A DNA stretch of 45,631 bases, from positions 1 through 45,631 of the forward strand of contig CAZTOS010000009.1 in assembly GCA_964615185.1 (NCBI GenBank), written 5' to 3'. This stretch comes from an uncultured Thermococci archaeon (GTDB lineage: Archaea > Methanobacteriota_B > Thermococci > Thermococcales > Thermococcaceae). The notes under the pieces were generated by a model. That model was given only the letters and a program-made list of their open reading frames with translations. It made no database searches and was not told the DNA's origin. Below, in pieces: positions 37,532 to 45,631 of the stretch. Position 1 is the first letter of the stretch. The number at the start of each line of letters is the position of its first letter. The translations under genes were made by a program, and so were the position numbers.

Positions 37532-38239
37532 ATGCCAAGAGAAAAAGTTGTTCGTGTCTGGGATGAGCGAGAGATAGTGTATCCTCCAAAAAGATGGCGT
37601 TATTTGTGGGAAAAGCGAGAGAAAGCGTTGCAGATTATGGAACGCTTAGCTCAGTTTGACCCTCACGTTTACGGGAGCGTTGCAAGGGGAGATGTTAGGA
37701 AAGATAGCGATATTGATATTGTTATTCCTTACAAAGTGCCAAGTTATCTAATTGAGCTTGCTCTTGAAGGGATACCAATTCAAGCGAGAAGAATTGTTAT
37801 GGCAACCCCCTGGCATCTCATAAAGGGCCACATTGAAATTGATGAAGAGACAACCGTAACATTCTTTTTGACAAATCCCACAGATAAAGAGCTAGAATTC
37901 TACAAATGGGGTGGAATGGTCGATATCTGGGGAGTAAAAACCAAGCAAAGGGTTCCAGGAGTTAATAAAAAGCTGATTTTGATTATTCCGACAGAAAAGG
38001 GACATATTGAGAGAGAGGTTGTTGGAAGGGAAAGCGAGGTTGCAAAGATTTTGGGAGTTAGTGTGGAGCTTGTTAAGGAGAGAGTGCACATCTTAACGAG
38101 AAGAGATGCAATTGGAAGGAGAGGAATCTACCTCAACGAAGAAGTCCCGGACTGGATGAGCTTTGAAGAAGCTTTAAAGATGATAGCTGACAGAGACCCG
38201 AACATCAGGAGGAAAGTCAGGGAGAGTGGAGGAATTTAA
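37532..38239 (+). CDS. Archaeal nucleotidyltransferase (COG2413-like, Pol-beta fold)
   Basis: YGSVARGDV..DSDIDI, RVPGVNKKL and RRD..GR.G motifs. Confidence 0.85.
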   Translation: MPREKVVRVWDEREIVYPPKRWRYLWEKREKALQIMERLAQFDPHVYGSVARGDVRKDSDIDIVIPYKVPSYLIELALEGIPIQARRIVMATPWHLIKGHIEIDEETTVTFFLTNPTDKELEFYKWGGMVDIWGVKTKQRVPGVNKKLILIIPTEKGHIEREVVGRESEVAKILGVSVELVKERVHILTRRDAIGRRGIYLNEEVPDWMSFEEALKMIADRDPNIRRKVRESGGI

Positions 38240-38802
38240 AGCAGCGCAATAGCCCTAACAGGGCTTCCGGAGCCGTTTTTAATTTTAAGCGGAAAAGCTA
38301 TGAAAGTAAAGTTTTTCCCAATCAGCTTTTCAAGGTTTGTCAAGTTTTCGAAAATTGGAATCTCAGCAGAGAGAAGGATTCTGTGGACTTCCTCGTTGCC
38401 AATGCTCATTCCATCAGTCCCAACAGCCTTAATCCCAGCATTGACTAAAAACTCAGCAAGCTCTACACTTAGCTCTCTGCCCTTAGAATAAAATAGTACA
38501 ATCTTGCCTTCTAAATCTGTTTTAGGGACTTCTTCAAGAGTTATCTCACCCTGACCATCAGGAGTGTCAATAACAACAGCTTTTCCAAAGAACTTCCCTA
38601 AAGACAGCTCATCTATTGTTTTCCCACCTTTTATGAAGTGTGCTGGAGCGTCAACATGAGTTCCGCTGTGCTCTCCAAAACAGAGGAGATTCATGTAATA
38701 TCCATCCTTTTCAAGGCTTGCCCATGTTTTAATCTTGATTTTTGGATCACCAGGATAAACCTCAAGCTCTTCGCTCAAGGTTTTTGTTAAATCTACCATC
38801 AT
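38236..38802 (-). CDS. Cyclase family protein (kynurenine formamidase-like)
   Basis: YPGDP, HSGTHVDAPAH, ENL and GSGSPVRA motifs. Confidence 0.92.
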   Translation of the reverse strand: MMVDLTKTLSEELEVYPGDPKIKIKTWASLEKDGYYMNLLCFGEHSGTHVDAPAHFIKGGKTIDELSLGKFFGKAVVIDTPDGQGEITLEEVPKTDLEGKIVLFYSKGRELSVELAEFLVNAGIKAVGTDGMSIGNEEVHRILLSAEIPIFENLTNLEKLIGKNFTFIAFPLKIKNGSGSPVRAIALL

Positions 38803-38812
38803 AAATGATCAC

Positions 38813-40000
38813 TCAAATGTTCGGTATTCCTAAGTTTTTCAATAATTGTTTCCAATTCTCTATAAGCTCAGTATATGTTATTATTTCATATCCTCTGAGT
38901 TTTTCATTTAAACTTTTGAGTCTTCTCTTTTCTTCATTAGACATCTTAGAACTTAGCCCTATTATTAAACGCCCCTCAACATTATTTACTGAAATATTAG
39001 GCAACTGTTGACGTAGAATTAGTATGTTCTCTCTAATTTTATCCAAATAATTTTCAATCTGAGCTTTTGCTTCTCTAAGCTCCTTACTTTCACAGAGATT
39101 TTTTGTAAAAAGTTTTTTAGTAGGTGACTCAATTTCTACAACGATATATTTTCCATCTGGAGTCTCCACAATAAAATCTGGATACAAATCCTTCTTAATG
39201 TCTGGAATACGGAATTTTGGAAAAAGGTTCTTATATTCAATATATAAGAGACATGGATTTTGTTCTAAAAATTCTTGTATTTCGTTTTCACTCACATTCT
39301 CTTTATGCACTAATTTTTCAAATTCCAATAAGGTACCTACTAGTCCTAGTACTCTATCAACAATCCCCTTTTGAAGCAGGTCCCTAATAACCTTCTCTCC
39401 TTTGAGGTATCTATTGAATTCTTGTTCAGCATGAAACTTTGCATTTCCTTCGTCAAAAAAGTCTTCGCTTTTTGTTTTAATAAGCCACAAAAATGGAAAT
39501 CTCTTGATAACTTTATTTCCATAAATATCTACACAACCAATTCCAACATCTATTACTTTTATATCAGCACCTTCATGTAATTTAATAAAACTTGACATGT
39601 CCCCAATTATGTTCGGAATTGATCTCGCAAAGCAAGAGAGGATATCTGCATATTTTTGATAAAAGTTTAAGTGAAACAGATTAATAGACTCTATCACTAT
39701 GGATTTACCCTTAACTTCAAAAAGTGTTTCCAATTTCCCATTCATTTCGGGGAATATCACTTTCTCAATAGAAGTACCAACTCTCCTAATTTCCATTTCC
39801 CATCTATCTCTTTTTTCTAAAAATTCGATTACAACCCCATCATTTCCAATAATAACAACTATATAATATGGATGAATGAGATAGTCTGGGAAAATTAATT
39901 TTGGCTCTATGAATCTTGAGTATGTAGAAACTTTCTCTTGGAGAGTTTTTATGAACATATCTACAAACTTTCTGACTTTTTCTTCTGATAATCCTGTCAT
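38813..40000 (-). CDS. Shedu (SduA/DUF4263)-like anti-viral nuclease with an unknown N-terminal domain
   Basis: The C-terminal ~165 aa read E..IQEFLEQNP.LL...PDF.....VVEIESP...LF.....S.EL..A..QI.NY...GRLIIG......L.......IITY.EL. The DNA is visibly AT-richer than its neighbours. Confidence 0.8.
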   Translation of the reverse strand: MTGLSEEKVRKFVDMFIKTLQEKVSTYSRFIEPKLIFPDYLIHPYYIVVIIGNDGVVIEFLEKRDRWEMEIRRVGTSIEKVIFPEMNGKLETLFEVKGKSIVIESINLFHLNFYQKYADILSCFARSIPNIIGDMSSFIKLHEGADIKVIDVGIGCVDIYGNKVIKRFPFLWLIKTKSEDFFDEGNAKFHAEQEFNRYLKGEKVIRDLLQKGIVDRVLGLVGTLLEFEKLVHKENVSENEIQEFLEQNPCLLYIEYKNLFPKFRIPDIKKDLYPDFIVETPDGKYIVVEIESPTKKLFTKNLCESKELREAKAQIENYLDKIRENILILRQQLPNISVNNVEGRLIIGLSSKMSNEEKRRLKSLNEKLRGYEIITYTELIENWKQLLKNLGIPNI

Positions 40001-40093
40001 AGTAACATATGTGATTCATTTGGATTTTAAATTTTTCTAGGGTTTTACAAAGAATTTTTAACGTCTAAACCTTAAAAGTGAGCAGGTGATGTT

Positions 40094-41359
40094 ATGGACT
40101 GCACGAAAGATTACTGCGTCAAAGATATTAACTTGGCTCCGGAAGGGGAGAAGAAAATTGACTGGGTTTCTCGCTTTATGCCCGTCCTCCAGAATATAAG
40201 AAAAGACTTTGAGAAAGAAAAGCCGTTTAAAGGCATTAAGATTACTACTTGCTTGCACTTGGAGATGAAGACTGCTTTTCTCCTTCTCACACTAAAAGCC
40301 GGAGGAGCGAAGGTTTCAGCAACTGCAAGCAATCCTCTAAGTACTCAAGATGATGTTGTCGCGGCTTTAGCCAAAAATGGAGTAAAGGTTTATGCCATAA
40401 GAGGGGAAAGCAGGGAAGAGTACTATGAGTTCATGCACAAGGCCCTTGATATAGAACCAAACATCCTCATAGATGATGGGGCAGACATGATAAGCGTTGT
40501 CCACAGAGAGAGACAAGAACTCATTGACAACATCTGGGGAGCAAGCGAGGAAACGACAACGGGAGTTATCCGCTTAAGGGCGATGGAAAAAGATGGAGTG
40601 CTTAGATTCCCAATCATAGCTGTCAATGATTCCTATACGAAGTATTTATTCGACAATCGCTATGGAACTGGCCAGTCAACGTGGGACGGCATAATAAGAA
40701 CTACCAACCTTCTTGTAGCGGGCAAAAACGTCGTTGTCGTCGGCTATGGCTGGTGCGGAAGGGGAATAGCAATGAGGGCAAGAGGATTTGGAGCGACGGT
40801 TATAGTGGTTGAAGTTGATCCAATTAGGGCATTGGAAGCAAGGATGGATGGTTTTTTGGTCATGCCAATGCATAAAGCTGCAAAAGTCGGAGACATTTTC
40901 ATAACGGCAACCGGTGATATAAACTGCATCCGCAAAGAGCATTTTGAAGTTATGAAGGACGGAGTGATTTTAGCCAATGCTGGGCATTTTGATGTTGAGA
41001 TTTCAAAGCCTGATTTAGAGTCTTTAGCTGTTGAGATCAGCAACCCAAGGGCTAACATAACTGAATACAAGCTCAAAGATGGGAGAAGATTATACCTCCT
41101 TGCGGAAGGGCGTTTGGTAAACTTAGCAGCAGCAGACGGACATCCAGCTGAAATTATGGACATGAGCTTTGCTCTGCAAGCCATGGCGGCTAAATACATC
41201 AGGGATAATCATGAGAAGCTTGAGCCTAAAGTTTACGTTTTGCCAAGAGAAATTGATGAGATGGTGGCGAGGATTAAGCTTAAAGCCATGGGTATTGAGA
41301 TTGAAGAGCTAACGGAAGAGCAAAAGAGGTATTTGGAAAGCTGGGAGCATGGAACTTAG
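40094..41359 (+). CDS. ahcY: Adenosylhomocysteinase
   Basis: [43 protein letters not shown] and GRLVNL motifs. Confidence 0.98.
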   Translation: MDCTKDYCVKDINLAPEGEKKIDWVSRFMPVLQNIRKDFEKEKPFKGIKITTCLHLEMKTAFLLLTLKAGGAKVSATASNPLSTQDDVVAALAKNGVKVYAIRGESREEYYEFMHKALDIEPNILIDDGADMISVVHRERQELIDNIWGASEETTTGVIRLRAMEKDGVLRFPIIAVNDSYTKYLFDNRYGTGQSTWDGIIRTTNLLVAGKNVVVVGYGWCGRGIAMRARGFGATVIVVEVDPIRALEARMDGFLVMPMHKAAKVGDIFITATGDINCIRKEHFEVMKDGVILANAGHFDVEISKPDLESLAVEISNPRANITEYKLKDGRRLYLLAEGRLVNLAAADGHPAEIMDMSFALQAMAAKYIRDNHEKLEPKVYVLPREIDEMVARIKLKAMGIEIEELTEEQKRYLESWEHGT

Positions 41360-41386
41360 TTGAGTTTTGTTCTATTCTTTTATCAC

Positions 41387-41593
41387 CTAAAGACCCCAGA
41401 TGTTCCCAATGATCCAGATAACAACCGCTCCAAAAATCATATCAATTGCCATCCCGACAATCTTGAGGTTGGGATGTTTTGGTTCAAAGAGTTTTTGAAA
41501 TCCGGAAATGGACAGATCAAAGAACAAAAAGGCAAAGAACCACCATAAAAATAAATAAGGGGGCTCCAAAGATAGAGTATTCCTGAATAACAC
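41387..41593 (-). CDS. Small hydrophobic membrane protein, probably 5'-truncated
   Basis: Two TM segments. The frame continues upstream without a start (ESYLLAAGILT) up to a TAG near 41627, which suggests a remnant of a longer gene. Confidence 0.5.
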   Translation of the reverse strand: MLFRNTLSLEPPYLFLWWFFAFLFFDLSISGFQKLFEPKHPNLKIVGMAIDMIFGAVVIWIIGNIWGL

Positions 41594-41702
41594 TGTGAGA
41601 ATCCCTGCTGCAAGGAGGTAACTTTCCTATACGCTTTAAATACTGCACTTTGAGCACCCTATCTTGAAAGCTATTCTAAAGAGAGGAGCATAGTTGACAC
41701 AC

Positions 41703-42104
41703 CTAACTTTCCCTTCTCTTTTCATAGAAACTCATTATAAGCAAGATTACTACGACCATGCTTCCCATAAGAAAAGGTTTTGCTGATACAAGTAATGGCT
41801 TATCAGGTTTTATTATGAAGACTGGCCCAATCCAGTTGGTCACAGAATATAATATCAAAAATGAAAGCAGGAAAGTAGCTACACCCACTAATCCTGAGAT
41901 TTCTTTATAAGAGGAGTGTCGCTCGAGGTAGAGTATGACGAATAAAGGAAGCAACGTTAGTATAAGTGTTTCCGTTAGAGAGATTTTCATCGAAATTAGT
42001 AAAGAAAAACCCATTTTAATCCCTTCGACAATCCCAGTGAGGAAAAATATTGAAACGAAAATAAAAAATAATATCAAATTAAAATCATTTTTTGCTTTTT
42101 TCAT
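41703..42104 (-). CDS. Four-TM membrane protein (candidate immunity protein)
   Basis: 133 aa, highly hydrophobic; ATGA overlap with the upstream Cys-rich gene. Confidence 0.7.
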   Translation of the reverse strand: MKKAKNDFNLILFFIFVSIFFLTGIVEGIKMGFSLLISMKISLTETLILTLLPLFVILYLERHSSYKEISGLVGVATFLLSFLILYSVTNWIGPVFIIKPDKPLLVSAKPFLMGSMVVVILLIMSFYEKRRES

Positions 42105-42793
42105 GGAGCATCACCATAGTCCACGCATGTAGTGCCCTCCTCTTCGCAAAATTCTGCCAGACAATATGGACACCACGCCATTACACATGCCAAAAAGAAA
42201 CCTATACCTCCACTAAGTGCCCATACACAGGATAAACAGCACACCCTTATACTCGCTATGTCGTATTCACAACAATAGTCAGTACAATATTGGAATTCTC
42301 CACAGTCGGAATTACTTGAACACTCATGTCTACATGTGCCTGTTGGTGTAATTGCTCCGTTTGTTGTTAATGCTTCTGTTTTTATTTTGCCGTTTTGAAT
42401 TCCTAATAAGAATGCTCTTGTCTTAATTCCTTGTATTGGTTTTGAGAATTCGTAATAAGCTATTACGTGCTTGCCGTCTTTCAGGGGAATTCCCATAGCA
42501 AGCATGGTTATCTTCTCACCATTATAGTCTAAGGTGTGCTTCACTATTTTAACGTTTTTATAATCAATCTCCCAGGGTTTTGCCAATCCTCTAATATCCT
42601 TGCTTAATACCGCTTTAAAGAACACATGAATCCTTGACCAGTTCTCTGCAGTTTTACTAACAGGCTTAACTTCCCTAAAAGGATTCACGCATCCCTTAAC
42701 TTCTGGAAGCTTCGGATTGTTCAAGGCATACGCTGCATATGCTCCAACCACCAACAAAACCACAAAAATGCCCAACAATGTCCTCTTCCTCAT
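42101..42793 (-). CDS. Secreted/membrane-anchored precursor with a Cys-rich C-terminal peptide (halocin C8-like archaeocin candidate)
   Basis: Signal/anchor MRKRTLLGIFVVLLVVGAYAAYA, about 130-aa basic pro-region, and 14 Cys in the last 77 aa around a hydrophobic core. Confidence 0.7.
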   Translation of the reverse strand: MRKRTLLGIFVVLLVVGAYAAYALNNPKLPEVKGCVNPFREVKPVSKTAENWSRIHVFFKAVLSKDIRGLAKPWEIDYKNVKIVKHTLDYNGEKITMLAMGIPLKDGKHVIAYYEFSKPIQGIKTRAFLLGIQNGKIKTEALTTNGAITPTGTCRHECSSNSDCGEFQYCTDYCCEYDIASIRVCCLSCVWALSGGIGFFLACVMAWCPYCLAEFCEEEGTTCVDYGDAP

Positions 42794-42996
42794 TCGCCCC
42801 CCCCCAACGGATTATCATATAAATTTTGCAATTAAAAAATATAAAAATTTCGTGAACTAAAAGTTTAAAACTTTACAAAATTCCAAAAAGAAACTAGTAT
42901 TAAACCAAAAACAATTTTGAATAGTAATCATATCACAGAGTTCTAAAAAACAAAGATGAAGCAATACTTAAAACTCCCCACAGCCTACTTTCGGGC

Positions 42997-43705
42997 ATGA
43001 ACTGGCAATCTGCCTTGAACAAATTCCTCAAGGATTGGAAAGACAAGGACTTTGTCGAAGCAGTTCTGCTCACAAGGAGTTATGCTGTTGGATTACAAAC
43101 CAAATACTCTGATGTAGATGTTTACATCGTGCTTTCTGATAAAGTCGAATACTTTGCAAACCCGGTAAAACAAATTAGACACTACTTTGAAAAAGAATTC
43201 AAGCAAAATAAAAGGAGTACTACAAGAATCATCACAATTGGCAAAGTCCTCTTTGATAAGACAGGAATAGCTGAAGAACTCAAAAAAGAAGCGCTGAAAT
43301 ACATGAAAAAGCCCTTTGAGAAACCTGATGAAGTTTGGGTAGAGATTGCCAAATACTTTCTCTGGGATTAGCTACCTTTATTACCTAACGCTTATCAAGG
43401 CTCTTGAAGTTTACCCAAAGTTCCTCTGTGTTGAGGCCCCTCCAGCAAGCAAAGTTTATCGCCTCTTTACGGATGAGAAGTTTAGAAAAGCCTACATGTT
43501 CGAAGAATTTCCAGACAAAGAATTTGTTGGGCTGTTCCTGAGTGCTATGAAAAGTAAGGAACTAAAAAACCTCGAATTACTTATAAAGTACATCTTTAAT
43601 AAAATGGGTGGCTTCAACATTAATGGCTGGCGGCTGAGAACAAAAACCGAAAATATAAGTCAGCTGACTTCAATCCTCTCAACAAGTTTTCTTCGAATTT
43701 CATAA
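42997..43705 (+). pseudogene. Nucleotidyltransferase-domain gene split by a frameshift or deletion
   Basis: The first frame has LLTRSYAVG....SDVDVYIV (GS motif altered to RS) and EYFANP and stops at 43371. A second frame carries the apparent C-terminus (...FNKMGGFNINGWRLRTK). Confidence 0.7.
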
Positions 43706-45042
43706 ATCTTTTCCTTAAAATTCTCAGAGTACTCTCTGAGTCTTGCTATTTCAGAAAGCTCAAGACCTTCTTTGTATTCTCTCGCAGCCTTCTCTAAGTT
43801 TCCCTCTTTGATGCTTTTTTCTGCATTTTTATTTTTTCTATTAAAGAACTCCAAAAGATGGTCTCTAAAGTTAACCGTTATCAACCTAAGTGTGATATTC
43901 AAAAAAAGCTTGGAACGTAGCTCCACATTGTCAATATTCTCTGCTTCCTCTATTGCTTTTTCAAACAATATATTGTACCCATCCACATCTTTGTTGAAAA
44001 GCTCCAAACCTATTAAAGAGAAAGCATTTCCTCTGAAATAGCTGCTTTTAATATGTTTAACAACAAGGAGTGCTTTTTTAAATTCTCCCTTTTCAGCCAG
44101 AGCAACACTCATATTATTCAAAGCAAGATCTTTATGGATTGGATCTGTGATATTATTAATAATCTCCAGCACTTTTTCATAATATCCTTCTTTCATAAGC
44201 GTGCTTACACTTAGAGCCCAGAGCTTAGATATTCTTTTTCTATCTTTTATCATGGATATTAACTCCGAAATTCTGGACAAATCCCCCTTTTTTAAAAGTC
44301 CCAGAAAAGCGGACTCTATGACATGCATTCGGGCATCTTCTACTTTTAGCTTTTCTGCAAGTTTTAGACTCTCATCAACTTCTCCAGCTTCTGCAAGTCG
44401 TGAGATAACCTCTCCAAAAGTAATCTCTCTCGTCATCATATTATCTATTTCAGCAGCACTCTTCAGGGCTTTGGAGAACATAAGAGAGTAAAGTGGAATT
44501 TGAGCTTCTGCCAGTACCTTTCCGATTTCACTAAAAACTATCGCCTTATAATAGGGATCTGAGATTTTTTCTGCAACTTTAATTGCACCTTCAATATTCT
44601 CACTTTTGAGGAGAGTTTCCAATAAATGCATCACTGCAGCAATTCTATCTTCTCTGAGATCTATCCTAAGGATTAGATCTAACACTTCCTCAATAAGTTT
44701 AAGGGCAAGATCCTCATTAAAAGTAACAGCTTCAATTGCTACGTCTGGTAAAACCATTGCTTTGTATTTAGGATTAGCGATTTTCTCAGTCCCATTTATT
44801 GCCATCTGAATAAGTCCCTTATATAGCTCAATATCCATATCTCTGACTGCAATAGCTAACCTCAGAAGAGATAGAATCCTTTCCATATCATCATGTATAG
44901 TATCAATAATATCGAATCCCAAAGACAGCAATTGCTGATTATCACCTGAAATCTTCAGAAGGGTAGCGATAACCTTGAGTTTTTCACTTGGATTGCTGAT
45001 ATGGGATAGTAAAGCCAGAATATCATCAATTGATCTTTCCAT
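43660..45042 (-). CDS. Alpha-helical (TPR/HEAT-like) repeat protein
   Basis: Recurrent motif A..I.D...(K/R)......I...L...G, for example AEKISDPYYKAIVFSEIG, INNITDPIHKDLAL and AENIDNVELRSKLF. Confidence 0.75.
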   Translation of the reverse strand: MERSIDDILALLSHISNPSEKLKVIATLLKISGDNQQLLSLGFDIIDTIHDDMERILSLLRLAIAVRDMDIELYKGLIQMAINGTEKIANPKYKAMVLPDVAIEAVTFNEDLALKLIEEVLDLILRIDLREDRIAAVMHLLETLLKSENIEGAIKVAEKISDPYYKAIVFSEIGKVLAEAQIPLYSLMFSKALKSAAEIDNMMTREITFGEVISRLAEAGEVDESLKLAEKLKVEDARMHVIESAFLGLLKKGDLSRISELISMIKDRKRISKLWALSVSTLMKEGYYEKVLEIINNITDPIHKDLALNNMSVALAEKGEFKKALLVVKHIKSSYFRGNAFSLIGLELFNKDVDGYNILFEKAIEEAENIDNVELRSKLFLNITLRLITVNFRDHLLEFFNRKNKNAEKSIKEGNLEKAAREYKEGLELSEIARLREYSENFKEKIYEIRRKLVERIEVS

Positions 45043-45165
45043 CCCTGCTCACGAATTCTATTTTTGACCTTGAGATTTATAACTCTCTCGGCTTATGATA
45101 AATGATTTGCTACCTTGAGCAACATTTTTATCACTCTTTTCTTAATTTCTTATTTGGTGTTCTCG

Positions 45166-45631
45166 ATGATATACAAAGCCAAATTTGGAGCTCCCGAAAG
45201 AGGATGGATTGTTCTGGTTCATGGTCTTGGAGAGCACAGCGGCAGATATGAGAAGCTAATAAACATGCTTGTAAGTGAGGGATTTGCCGTCTATACCTTC
45301 GACTGGCCTGGACATGGGAAAAGCGGAGGGAAAAGGGGACACGCAACAATTGAGCAAACTATGGAAATAAGTGACAAGATTATTGAGGAAATTGGAGAGA
45401 AACCATTTCTCTTTGGACACAGCTTAGGTGGATTAACGGTCATCAGATATGCACAAACACGACCAGATAAGATTAGAGGAATTATAGCATCTTCACCAGC
45501 CTTGGCAAGAAGTCCAAAAACACCTATCTTTATGGTGGCTTTAGCAAAAATTTTAGGAACAATTGCACAAAGCTTGACTCTAAGCAATGGAATTGATCCA
45601 AATCTATTGTCTCGAAACAAAGAGGCTGTTA
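45166..45631 (+). CDS. Alpha/beta hydrolase, lysophospholipase family (runs off the window end)
   Basis: MIYKAKFGAPERGWIVLVHGLGEHSGRY...FDWPGHGKS.GKRGH...FLFGHSLGG (GxSxG). Absent from the ORF track because there is no stop in the window. Confidence 0.93.
   Translation, partial: MIYKAKFGAPERGWIVLVHGLGEHSGRYEKLINMLVSEGFAVYTFDWPGHGKSGGKRGHATIEQTMEISDKIIEEIGEKPFLFGHSLGGLTVIRYAQTRPDKIRGIIASSPALARSPKTPIFMVALAKILGTIAQSLTLSNGIDPNLLSRNKEAV

Noticed and set aside
42101..42334. Cys-rich tip as a ferredoxin or multiheme cytochrome
   Set aside because: There is no CxxCxxCxxxC or CxxCH motif. The export signal and hydrophobic core favour disulfides, though metal binding is not excluded.
1..45631. CRISPR arrays, IS elements, rRNA
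   Set aside because: I detected no regularly spaced repeats, transposase motifs, terminal inverted repeats or rRNA-like GC-rich segments by eye.

Overview
Chromosomal window from a hyperthermophilic archaeon of the order Thermococcales, inferred from gene content, GGTGA/GGAGG ribosome-binding sites, TATA-box promoters and an intron-containing tRNA-Met. The housekeeping backbone comprises a DUF63 protein, an IMPase/FBPase, tRNA-Met, smc-scpA, the methylmalonyl-CoA epimerase/MeaB/B12-binding cluster, a PHP protein, Maf, a C/D box sRNA, a PINA-type PIN-ATPase-KH gene carrying a 594-aa LAGLIDADG intein, MinD, asnB, a GT4, sua5, a cyclase, ahcY and a lysophospholipase. Accessory, conflict-type modules interrupt this backbone. 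(1) A 4153-aa exported protein has a Cys-less transglutaminase-like head, a hydrophobic helical segment at the position where related proteins carry variable effector domains, an Ig-like stalk, a beta-propeller, a PKD domain and a pyrolysin-like C-terminus; it sits next to a decayed GPN-GTPase gene. (2) A secreted precursor with a 14-Cys C-terminal peptide is followed by small membrane proteins, suggesting a halocin-C8-like archaeocin plus immunity. (3) A Shedu/DUF4263-like nuclease has an unrecognised N-terminal domain. (4) A HEPN-MNT-MNT cassette lies inside the smc-scpA operon. (5) A Hanks-type kinase and an AAA+/DUF4143 ATPase with a repeated operator lie at the left edge. No CRISPR array, rRNA, integrase or transposase was seen. 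All family assignments come from reading motifs by eye; no database searches were run.
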